DNA from: an uncultured Gemmatimonadales bacterium
GTDB lineage: Bacteria > Gemmatimonadota > Gemmatimonadetes > Longimicrobiales > RSA9
Assembly: GCA_963783305.1 (NCBI GenBank)
Contig: CAWAMW010000007.1
Location: forward strand, 224,001-288,000
DNA: 64,000 nt
Direction: 5' to 3'
Each line of letters opens with the position of its first letter. Within the stretch, counting starts at the first letter, position 1. The notes under the pieces were generated by a model, which ran no database searches, was not told where the DNA came from, and worked only from the letters and a program-made list of their open reading frames with translations. Of this stretch, positions 40,401 through 48,800 are shown in pieces. Made by a program: the position numbers and the translations under genes.

Positions 40401-40559
40401 GGGCTCGTCCCCCTGCTGCTGGCCAGCGGGGCCGGCTCCGAGGTCCAGCGGCCGCTGGCTATCGCCGTGGTCGGCGGGCTGGTCACGTCCACCGCCCTGA
40501 CTCTCCTGGTGCTGCCGGTGCTGTACGGCTGGCTGCACCGCGAGCCCGTGAGATACTGA
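37449..40559 (+). CDS. czcA: Heavy-metal efflux RND transporter (CzcA/CusA family)
   Basis: DAYPDIS, GLAPEEVE, GMMVDAAIVVVEN, RLRPVLMTA, GSEVQRPLA. Confidence 0.93.
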   Translation: MIDKLIDFALRQRLLVLVGTVALFGAGAWAYTRLPVDAYPDISPALVQVFTETEGLAPEEVEQLVTYPVEVAMNGLPGLEEIRSVSNFGLSVVNIYFEEGTDIYFARQLVNERLQQAREGIPAGLGEPVMGPISSGLGQILFYYLDDETGEYTLEELRTMEDWIVKRNLQTIPGVTEVLSIGGHVKQYQVVVDPNRLRQYGLSLHQVLEAVEQNNLNVGASYLEVASEEYLVRSIGLAQNLADIEDITIETREGTPVRVGEIADVRIGPEIRRGLVTRNGEGEIVVGFVLKLLGTNTSTVIDRVQERLDVIRDALPEGVRLVPYYEQASLVGRATTTVTSALWQGLILVVIVLALFLGNLRSSVIVALSLPFSILLAFLLMKQFGVSANLMSLGGLAIGIGMMVDAAIVVVENVFRWLKEDPDPDEPKLHLVARAAREVGRPVFFAIAIVIIVFLPLFTLQGVEGTMFRPLAYTISMAMVGSLLFSLTVAPVLASFLLKREPREANAAEDEDDEVAIVRWLQRRYQPLLAWALDHKKAVIAGTAGLIVIGAGVFPFLGTEFIPQLNEGTMLVRATLAPSISLSEATATVERIEREFLRYPEVTQVVSRIGRGEVGAHADPVNNAEMFVDLKPRGEWETAGSQDELVEAMSERLEAFPGVQLNFTQPIAAAVDELLTGTKAELAIKLFGDDLDVLLDKANEIAAVVGEVEGASEVQVDQVTGQPQLKITLDRGALSRYGIPVEHIQHEIRAAIGGAVAGQVFEGERRWAIYVRYAPEFRATAEDVASLLIDAPDGSMVPVGQLADIQTLIGPRQISREQNQRYITIQLNVRGRDIGGFVEEAGGAIQQAVELPAGYLTSFGGQFELAQAANKRLMIVIPITLILIFGMLFASFGSLKEALLILLNIPLALVGGLVALLVTGQSLSVPSSVGFIALFGIAVENGLVLVTYFNQLHREEGLSIREAVERGSMLRLRPVLMTALTTTLGLVPLLLASGAGSEVQRPLAIAVVGGLVTSTALTLLVLPVLYGWLHREPVRY

Positions 40560-40574
40560 TCGAGGAGGCAGACC

Positions 40575-40916
40575 ATGAAGATGATCATCGCGTTCATTCC
40601 GCCGTACAGGCTGGATCGGGTCACGAGGGCGCTGGAGCACGTGGTCGGGTTCCCCGGCATGACCGTCACCGAAGGCCGCGGCTTCGGCCGCGAGAAGCTG
40701 GCCGTGGGGGCCGAGGACCGGCGCGCGTCGCTGGAGGACTATACCGACGCGGCCCGGATCGAGGTCGTGGCCCACGACGGGCAGGTGGAGGGGATCGTCA
40801 CGGCGATTACCGAAGCCGCCCACACCGGCCAGCGCGGGGACGGCAAGATCTTCGTGCTGCCGGTCGAGCGGGCGGTGCGGATCAAGACGGGGGAAGAGGG
40901 GGAGGCGGCGGTCTGA
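40575..40916 (+). CDS. P-II family regulator
   Basis: MKMIIAFI, GMTVTEGRGFG, TGQRGDGKIFV. Confidence 0.9.
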   Translation: MKMIIAFIPPYRLDRVTRALEHVVGFPGMTVTEGRGFGREKLAVGAEDRRASLEDYTDAARIEVVAHDGQVEGIVTAITEAAHTGQRGDGKIFVLPVERAVRIKTGEEGEAAV

Positions 40917-41363
40917 TGTCGGCGGAAGGCTCGTGGAACCGGATCCGCTACACGCTCTGGTCGCCCATCTACGATCGCGTCGCCTCCTTCAGCCGATCGC
41001 GGCGGAGGTCCCTGGAGCTGCTGGCGGGTGGGAAACGCCCAGTCGCTTGACCTCCCGGACGCCAGCTTCGACGCCGTCGTCCTGCACCTCATCGTCGCGG
41101 TGGCCGATGATGGAGCGGCGGTGGTGCGGGAGGCGGCACGAGTCCTGAAGCATGGGGGGCGGGTCGTCATCTTCGACAAGTTCGCCCGGCGCGAACCCGG
41201 TCCCATACGGAGGATGCTGAACATCATCACCCACGCCCTGTTCTCGGACATCAACCGGAAGCTGGCGCCGCTGCTGGACGGGAGCGGCCTCGAGATCGTG
41301 CACCGCGAGACAGCGGCGTTCCGCGGACACTACGACATCATCCTGCTGCGGAAGGGAGCCTGA
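40916..41363 (+). pseudogene. Class I SAM methyltransferase with internal deletion and frameshift
   Basis: N-part WNRIRYTLWSPIYD...SLELL joins out of frame near 41027 to GNAQSLDLPDASFDAVVLHLI...RVLKHGG; the GxGxG motif I is absent. Confidence 0.75.
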
Positions 41364-41365
41364 GC

Positions 41366-42262
41366 ATGGGAGCCGGACACACACACGGTCCCCCGGCAGG
41401 AAGTCAGAACCGGAAGCGCCTGGCGATCACTTTGGGGCTGGTGCTCCTTTACATGGGGGCGGAGGTCGTCGGCGGAATCCTGACCAATTCCCTCGCCCTG
41501 CTGGCCGATGCCGGGCACATGCTCAGCGACGCTGCCGCGCTCGGCCTCGCCCTCTTCGCGATCTGGTTCGCCCGACGCCCCGCCACGGCGAGCCACACGT
41601 TCGGCTACTACCGCACGGAAATCCTGGCCGCGCTGGCGAACGGGGCCACGCTCGTGGCGATCTCCATCTACATCTTCGTGGAGGCATTTCAGCGCTTCCG
41701 GGAGCCGCCGGACGTCGAGGGTGGGCTGATGATGGTGATCGCGGCGGGTGGGCTCGTGATCAACCTCGCGGGGCTCCTCATTCTCCGCGGAGGTCGCGAG
41801 GAAAGCCTGAACGTCCGCGGCGCGTGGCTGCACGTTCTGACGGACATGCTCGGAAGCGTTCAGGCCCTGGTGGCGGGCGCTCTGATCTGGTGGTTCGGCT
41901 GGAACTGGGCGGACCCGGTGGCGTCGGTACTCATCGGGCTCCTCGTCATCTATTCCTCATGGGAGCTGCTGAAGGAGTCGGTCGGGGTGCTGATGCAGAA
42001 GGCGCCCGCCCGGATCGACGTGGACGAGCTACGTGACGCCATCATGGAGATGGACGGTGTCGTCGGCATCTGCGACATGCATGTATGGACGGTGACGAGT
42101 GGCCTCGAATCCATGTCCGCCCACGTCACCGTCGAGGAGGGCCGGGTCGGACGGGACATGCTGAGCCGGGTGCGAGAACTCGTTCACGACCGCTTCGGGA
42201 TCGACCACGTCACGATCCAGCTCGAGCCCGAGGGGTTCGAGGAACCGGAGGTAGCGTTCTGA
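41366..42262 (+). CDS. czcD: Cation diffusion facilitator
   Basis: MGAGHTH, LLADAGHMLSD, HVLTD, DMHVW, HVTIQ. Confidence 0.92.
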   Translation: MGAGHTHGPPAGSQNRKRLAITLGLVLLYMGAEVVGGILTNSLALLADAGHMLSDAAALGLALFAIWFARRPATASHTFGYYRTEILAALANGATLVAISIYIFVEAFQRFREPPDVEGGLMMVIAAGGLVINLAGLLILRGGREESLNVRGAWLHVLTDMLGSVQALVAGALIWWFGWNWADPVASVLIGLLVIYSSWELLKESVGVLMQKAPARIDVDELRDAIMEMDGVVGICDMHVWTVTSGLESMSAHVTVEEGRVGRDMLSRVRELVHDRFGIDHVTIQLEPEGFEEPEVAF

Positions 42263-42289
42263 GGTCGGTCAGTCGCGGAGGAGCCAGGC

Positions 42290-42410
42290 CCGCGCGTGGC
42301 TTCGACAACTTCGTCCCCCATTCCTCCCACTTGTTCTCGCCCACGATGGCGATCCGGTCCATCTCGTCCTGGTGCGTCGCGTCGAACTTCACGTCCTTCC
42401 ACAGTCCTCC
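42290..42410 (-). pseudogene. Fragment of a SpoIIAA-like (STAS/SEC14) gene
   Basis: GGLWKDVKFDATHQDEMDRIAIVGENKWEEWGTKLSKP, lacking the family's N- and C-termini. Confidence 0.6.
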
Positions 42411-42527
42411 CGGATCCCGATCTCGATCGGCCCCATGATCACGCGACCGAACGCATCGTGATCGACGTGGAAGGTCGTCAACTTCGAGCCGATCATCGTG
42501 TTCAGGAGTAGGGTTCCCACCTCGCGG

Positions 42528-42799
42528 TCAGATCTCGAGCTGCATCCCGAGCTCCACCACCTGGTTTGACGGGATCCGGAAGTAGGTGGTGGCGCCAGTG
42601 GCGTTGCGACTCATGACGGCGAAGAGCTTGTCGCGCCAGAGCGCCATCCCGGGTCGATACCAGATCGGCGTAGAGCGCCTCGCCGCCCGTCACCACCAGG
42701 AAGACGGAGCCCAGCACCAGGGGAGAGGATCATCAGGCGCTTGCCCGTAGGGCTGCTTTCCTGCTCGTACGCTTCCGGGAGCTGAAGGTCCTCGTCCAT
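42528..42799 (-). pseudogene. kup: Collapsed kup potassium transporter relic
   Basis: Three spliced pieces: N-terminal ..PTGKRLMILS, central [21 protein letters not shown]-terminal [41 protein letters not shown]. Confidence 0.85.
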
Positions 42800-42976
42800 G
42801 ACCGGCAAAGGTATTGGGTCCGACGCAGAGCCACCAGCACGACTATCTGAGGGCCTTGGGGCACTGCTTCGGGCGCTCTCCTCGCACACTCCACAGCACA
42901 CGGCTCTCACCGAAGAGGGACTTCTTAGCGCCATTACTGGGATATCCCCGGGTCACGTTTTACACGGTTCCCGCAT

Positions 42977-43068
42977 GTTCGACTCCCGCCGGCTCCATGC
43001 AGGAAGCAGTGAAGGCAGGACACAGAAACGGTGGAGTGACGCGGAAAAGCTCACTCCGCCGTTACTGT
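42977..43068 (+). repeat. att core copy 3 plus diverged copy of the spacer and terminator
   Basis: Core 42977-42997; AGGAAGCAG..GGCAGGACACAGAAACGGTGGAGTGA..TCACTCCGCCGTT. Confidence 0.92.
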
Positions 43069-43155
43069 GTGTGGCCGCCACGCCTTTGACGACGCCCCCC
43101 CTCCGCGCTACCCTTGCCTCGTCCCCACACCCGACCCCCACTACGCCAGACCACG

Positions 43156-45471
43156 ATGCGCCGACCTGTCGCCCTTGCCAGTCTCTTTGCCCTCCTCCCC
43201 CTCCTCGCCCCGGCGGCCGCGCGCGCCCAGGCCCCGTCGGCGGCCGAGATCGCCCGCTGGGAGGCTACGGCCGCGCGGGTCACCATCACCCGCGACGACT
43301 GGGGGATCGCCCACGTCCGCGGCGCCACCGACGCCGACGCGGTCTTCGGCATGGAGTACGCCCAGGCGGAGGACGATTACGCGCGCATCGAGGCCAACTA
43401 TGCCTTCGCCCTCGGGCGCACCGCCATGGCCACGGGCGAGGCCGGCATATGGCTGGACCTGCGCGCCCGCATGTACGCGGACCCGGACTCGCTGAAGGCG
43501 CTGTACGCGGAGAGCCCGGCGTCGCTGAGGGCGCTCATGGACGCGTTCGCCGACGGGCTCAACTACTGGCTGTACAGGCACCCGGACGCGGACCGCACCG
43601 CCATCCAGCGCTACGAGCCGTGGATGGCCCTCTCCTTCACCGAGGGGAGCATCGGCGGCGATATCGAGCGCATCGACCTGGACGCCCTGGAATCTTTCTA
43701 CGGCACCCAGCCGACCCGAGCCTCCCGGGCCACCGGGGGCTCCTCGGCGACCGGCGCCGGGCAGGCCGCCCGGGCCGGACAGGCCGGGCAGCCCGCGCAG
43801 GCCGGTGACGCGGCCCGGCCCCTCGTCGCATACATCGAGCGCCTGGCCAGCCGGGCGGCGGACGGGGAGCCGCGGGGGTCGAACGGGTTCGCCATCGCGC
43901 CGGAGAACACGCTGGACGGGCACGCGCTGCTCTTCATCAACCCCCACACCTCCTTCTACTTCCGCTCCGAGCTCCAGATGACGAGCGACGAGGGGCTGGA
44001 CGCGTACGGCGCGGTCACGTGGGGGCAGTTCTTCATCTACCAGGGCTTCAACCGCACGGCCGGGTGGATGCACACGTCCAGCGGCGTGGACAACATCGAC
44101 TGGTTCGACGAGACGGTGGTGGAGAAGGGGGGTCGCACGCTGGTCCGCTACGGCGGCCGGGAGGTCCCCATGGCGACGAAGCCGGTCACCATCCGCTACC
44201 GCGCGGACGACGGCTCCACGGCCGAGCGCACGTTCACCGTCTACTACACGCAGCACGGGCCCGTCGTGGCCCGCCACGGGGAGAAGTGGCGGACGGTGAG
44301 CCTCATGTGGAGCCCCGTGGACGCGCTGACGCAGAGCTACACGCGCACGAAGGCGAAGGACCTGGACGCGTACCTGGACATCATGAAGCTGCACACCAAC
44401 TCATCCAACAACACCGTCTACGCCGACGCGTCGGGGAACATCGCCTACCTCCACAGCAACTACATCCCCCGTCGCAGCACCGCGTTCGACTGGAACCAGC
44501 CCGTCCCGGGCGACGACCCGAAGACCGCCTACGACGGCGTCCTGACCATCGACGAGACCCCCAACGTCATCAACCCCGGCGTCGGCTGGGTCTACAACTC
44601 CAACAACTGGCCCTGGTCCGCCGCCGGCCCCGACAGCCCCGCCCGCGAGGAATTCCCCGAGTACGTGGAGCGCGGCCGCTACGAGACCGCCCGCGGCCTC
44701 CACGCCCTCCGCCTCCTCCCCGGGCACGACCCGTTCACCGCGGCCACGCTCACCGACCTGGCCTACGACAGCTACCTGCCCGCCTTCGCCCTCATGGTGC
44801 CGCCGCTGGTCCGGGCGTACGACGCGCTCCCCGCCGCCGACCCCATGCGCCAGAAGCTCGCCGGGCCCATCGCCCGGCTCCGCGGGTGGGACTACCGCTG
44901 GGGCGTGAACTCCGTCCCCACGTCGCTGGCCGTGTTCTGGGGGGAGGCCGTCATGGGCGATGGGTACCGCGCCGCCGACCGCCCCGAAGGCATGGCCCCC
45001 GAGCGGTGGGTGGGCGAGCGCGCCCCCGGCGCCCTGCTCGTCGAGACCTTCGCCTCCGCCGTGGACCGGCTGGCCGGCGACTTCGGCACCTGGGACGTCC
45101 CGTGGGGCCAGATCAACCGCTTCCAGCGCATCAGCCCCGACATCGGCCCCCACTTCGACGACGACGCCCACAGCATCCCCGTCCCCTTCACCTCCTCCCG
45201 GTGGGGCTCCCTGGCGTCGTTCGGCGCGCGGCCGTACCCGAACACCAGGCGGTGGTACGGCACCAGCGGCAACAGCTTCGTGGCCGTGGTGGAGTTCGGC
45301 GACAGCGTGCGGGCAAGGGCGCTGACCGCCGGCGGCGAGAGCGGGCACCCCGACTCGCCCCACTTCAACGACCAGGCGGCCCTCTACGCCATGGGGCACC
45401 TGAGGGAAGTGTACTTCTACCCCTCCCAGTTGAAGGCGCACACCGAGCGCGTGTACCACCCCGGCCGGTAG
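43156..45471 (+). CDS. Penicillin acylase family Ntn-hydrolase, secreted
   Basis: Signal peptide, RDDWGIAHV, YAQAED, G|SNG nucleophile, INPH, GESGHPDSPHFNDQA. Confidence 0.9.
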   Translation: MRRPVALASLFALLPLLAPAAARAQAPSAAEIARWEATAARVTITRDDWGIAHVRGATDADAVFGMEYAQAEDDYARIEANYAFALGRTAMATGEAGIWLDLRARMYADPDSLKALYAESPASLRALMDAFADGLNYWLYRHPDADRTAIQRYEPWMALSFTEGSIGGDIERIDLDALESFYGTQPTRASRATGGSSATGAGQAARAGQAGQPAQAGDAARPLVAYIERLASRAADGEPRGSNGFAIAPENTLDGHALLFINPHTSFYFRSELQMTSDEGLDAYGAVTWGQFFIYQGFNRTAGWMHTSSGVDNIDWFDETVVEKGGRTLVRYGGREVPMATKPVTIRYRADDGSTAERTFTVYYTQHGPVVARHGEKWRTVSLMWSPVDALTQSYTRTKAKDLDAYLDIMKLHTNSSNNTVYADASGNIAYLHSNYIPRRSTAFDWNQPVPGDDPKTAYDGVLTIDETPNVINPGVGWVYNSNNWPWSAAGPDSPAREEFPEYVERGRYETARGLHALRLLPGHDPFTAATLTDLAYDSYLPAFALMVPPLVRAYDALPAADPMRQKLAGPIARLRGWDYRWGVNSVPTSLAVFWGEAVMGDGYRAADRPEGMAPERWVGERAPGALLVETFASAVDRLAGDFGTWDVPWGQINRFQRISPDIGPHFDDDAHSIPVPFTSSRWGSLASFGARPYPNTRRWYGTSGNSFVAVVEFGDSVRARALTAGGESGHPDSPHFNDQAALYAMGHLREVYFYPSQLKAHTERVYHPGR

Positions 45472-45556
45472 GCGCCCCCTGGCCGCGCGCGGACCGCGCT
45501 GACGACATGGGGGCGGGACGCAGGTTCTCCGGTCGCAGGCCCTGTGGCACGCGCAT

Positions 45557-45577
45557 GTTCGACTCCCGCCGGCTCCA
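45557..45577 (+). repeat. att core copy 4
   Basis: GTTCGACTCCCGCCGGCTCCA preceded by GCAT. Confidence 0.92.
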
Positions 45578-45582
45578 TGGAA

Positions 45583-45621
45583 GCGCCCGGTGATCTTCGG
45601 ATCACCGGGCGCCTTGTTGTT
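45583..45621 (+). terminator. Terminator with a UUCG tetraloop (candidate native ssrA terminator)
   Basis: GCGCCCGGTGATC-TTCG-GATCACCGGGCGC perfect 13-bp stem, then CTTGTTGTT. Confidence 0.85.
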
Positions 45622-45723
45622 CGCGGCGTTCGACGCCGTCTCACCCGCGCACCCGTCTCGCTGCGCGATCCGGACGCGGGCTGAGTTGCGGTCCACATAG
45701 GCGGGGCGCCGATCACGACCTGC

Positions 45724-45773
45724 TTGACACCCGACGCCGATTGACCCCACTTTGTTCGACATGCGAACAAAGT
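45724..45773 (+). promoter_or_regulatory. Promoter with ROK/XylR-type operator 1
   Basis: TTGACA at 45724-45729, then palindrome ACTTTGTTCG-ACATG-CGAACAAAGT at 45749-45773. Confidence 0.8.
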
Positions 45774-45839
45774 CTGCGGACCCTGGCACGGCGCCATCCC
45801 GCAGCGGTCCCACTGCGCCTCCTCAAGGAGAGAGACGAC

Positions 45840-48800
45840 ATGCGTCCGGATCCCATGCACCTCACGGACCCGCCCCGACCGGGCCGGCTCTTCACCCTCC
45901 TCCTGGCGGCGGTCCTGCTGATCCCGGCGGTCGCGAGCGCCCAGGCGAATCGGGTGGAGGTGGTATCCGACGCCTCGGGTTCGCGGATCATGGCGGACGG
46001 CGAGGCGGTCTTCGTGAAGGGTGTGAACTGGGACTACTTCCCGATCGGCACGACGACGACCTACAACTTATGGGCGCAGCCGGACGACTTCATCCGTCAG
46101 GCGTTGAACCGGGAGATGTCGTTGATCCAGTCCATGGGCGGCAACGCGATCCGGGTGTACAACGGGATTCCGCCTCGCTGGGTGGAGTACATCTACGAGA
46201 ACTTCGGGATCTGGAGCATCGTCAATCACCCGGTGGGCCGGTACGGTGTCACACTCTCCGGGACGTACGTCCCGAACACCGATTACTCGGACGAGACGGT
46301 GCGGCGTCGGCTGCGGGACGAGGTGGTGGAGCTGGTGGACGAGTTCGAGGGCACGCGGGGTCTCCTGATGTGGCTGCTGGGGAACGAGAACAACTACGGT
46401 CTGGAGTGGAGCTCAGCGGAGACCGAGGACCTTCCGGTAGGTCAGCAGAACGAGGTCAAGGCCCGGTACCTGTACTCGCTGATGGGCGAGATCGTGGACG
46501 CGATCCACGCGCGGGACCCGAACCGGCCGGTGGCGATGGCGAACGGGGACCTGCAGTACCTCGACGTCATCGCCGAAGAGGTGCCCAACCTGGACGTGTT
46601 CGGCTCCAACGTGTACCGGGGCATCTCGTTCCGTGACTTCTTCGAGGAGGTGGATCGGGCCATGGGGATCCCGGTCATGTTCACCGAGTTCGGCGCGGAT
46701 GCGTTCAACGCCCGGACGATGCGGGAGGACCAGGTCACGCAGGCGCGGTACCTGATCGGGCAGTGGGAGGAGATCTACGCGAACGCCGCGGGGAACGGGC
46801 TGGTGGGCAACGCGGTGGGCGGCCTGACATTCCAGTGGAGCGACGGGTGGTGGAAGTTCGGCCAGGACAGCCGGCTGGACATCCAGGACACGAATGCCTC
46901 GTGGGCGAATGACGCCTACCCCGAGGACCTCGTGCCCGGGCAGAACAACATGAACGAGGAGTGGTGGGGGATCATGGCGAAGGGGCCGACGGACGCCTTC
47001 GGCCAGTACGAGATCTACCCGCGGGCGGCCTACTACGCGCTGAAGGAGATCTACGAGCTGGACCCCTACGGCGCCGGCGTGGACCAGCAGGTGATCGAGG
47101 ACCACTTCGGCTCCATCACGGCCTCGGCGGCGGCGCTGGCGGCCCGCGGGGACGGGGCCGCTCTCCAGTCGGCGCTGAGCAGCCTGGCTCGCTTCGACGG
47201 GCTCCGAATCGAGCTCGAGACCTTCAGCACCGGTGGGGAGCGGATCCAGACCCCCGAGGAGGCGACGGCGGGGAGCAGCCTCCGTCCCGCTTCGCAGGGG
47301 TTCGACACGAAGCAGTCCTTCTACCTCGACTTCGCCTCGAGGCCGGCGCCGAACGTGCGCGCGGACCTGGCGGTGAACGTGGTGGGCAACGTGCCGGAGA
47401 ACCCGATCGACGAGCTCTTCTACGAGGCGCCGGCCCGGCCCCGGCTGGTCCTGGCCGATGGGGAGCTGGTCCAGACGCAGCTCGACAGGATCCGGATCTA
47501 CTCCGGGAGCTTCAGCTGGGACGAGAGCCTCTTCCGGGTGGACGGCTTCTACCGCAGTGGCCACTACCACTGGGGCTACGAGGGCGACTTCTTCAACCTG
47601 TACCGGGAAGCGAACTACGGCCCCAACCTCGACATCTACAACGGGGTGGCGCCGGTCGGCGTGGAGTTCACCGGGAAACGGACGCTGGACGGGCTCAAGT
47701 TCGCCTTCGGTCCCGAGCTGTGGTGGGGCGCCAACCCGGCCGCCATGGCCATGTACACCCGGCAGCTGGGAGCGTGGACCGTCTCCGCGGTCTTCCAGGA
47801 GGACTTCGCGCGGCAGGGGCAGGTGGTCACGTCGTTCGCGATTCCCACCCCGCAGGACCGGCGGGCGACGCTGACGGTGGAGCGGGAAGTGGGCCCGTTC
47901 GGCGTCCAGCTGGGCGGGATCTGGGCCGGGTCGCCGCTGGTGGGCCGGACGTTCCAGCTCGTCGACCGCCAGTCCGACGGCAGCTACCGGGTCCTCCAGG
48001 ACCAGGTCAAGGACTCGGACACCTTCGGCGGGAAGGCGAAGGTCACCCTCAGCCGGGGCCCCATCAACTGGTACGCGCTGGGGTCGGCCACCGGGGTGGT
48101 GGCCAACGGCGGCTACGACCAGACCCAGACCTACACCGGGTGGGCCCTCAAGGACAATGGGAGCGGCAACCAGTGGCAGGTGCTGAGCGGGTTCACCTAC
48201 AACCTGGGCAGCAACGTGCAGATCGCGCCGAACTTCATGTGGCAGAAGCCCCTGGTCGGCCCCATCCCCGCGGCCGCCCCGGCGCCGGCCCGGCCCCGGA
48301 ACATCCTGGATGATCCGTTCTCCGTGCGGGTGAACCGGGAGACGGTGGCGGGTGAGCTGCTCGTGACCTGGGACCCGACCCCCGCAACCTGGATGTACGC
48401 CTGGGACAGCGACGTGCAGGAGGACGCCCCACTGGCTGTGAGCGCCGGGATCGTCTTCCGCCGCCATGAGACCACGGCCAATGCGGCGATCGGGATCCTG
48501 TCGGATGGCCGGACCGCCTTCGCCTTCCCCGGAGCGACTCCGGCGCGGGACCTCTGGGAGGCCCGGGCCCGGATGATCTCGAAGCGGAGCGAGGGTGTGA
48601 ACCTGATCCTCAACGCCTTCTACGGCATCGGGGAGCCCAACGGCGCGGATGAGCGGAAGGTCACCCGCTACGGCGGCGACGTCCGGGTGGTGCTGGGCTC
48701 GGCCAAGCTTGCGGGCTTCGCCAGGTTCGACGACTGGGGCCCGTACGACTACCACCGGGACTTCAATCTGACGTTCCCCCGACAGCTGGGCGCCGACCTC

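Larger units (their letters stand above)
30719..42997. mobile_element. tmRNA-anchored cassette 2 (iorAB, czc operon, gene relics), no integrase
   Basis: Flanked by 21-bp ssrA-end repeats; 12258 bp core to core. Confidence 0.75.
42977..45577. mobile_element. tmRNA-anchored cassette 3 (single acylase gene), no integrase
   Basis: Flanked by 21-bp ssrA-end repeats; 2580 bp core to core. Confidence 0.7.

Noticed and set aside
42798..43155. ORFs crossing att core 3 (also those crossing cores 2 and 4, e.g. translations containing MFDSRRLH)
   Set aside because: The shared peptide merely reflects the repeated DNA core; the ORFs run through terminators and have no coding signature.
28793..45577. Four 21-bp repeats as a CRISPR array or as extra tRNA genes
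   Set aside because: Spacing is kilobases and irregular, there are no cas genes, and the copies contain only the T-loop/acceptor 3' half of ssrA without a 5' half.
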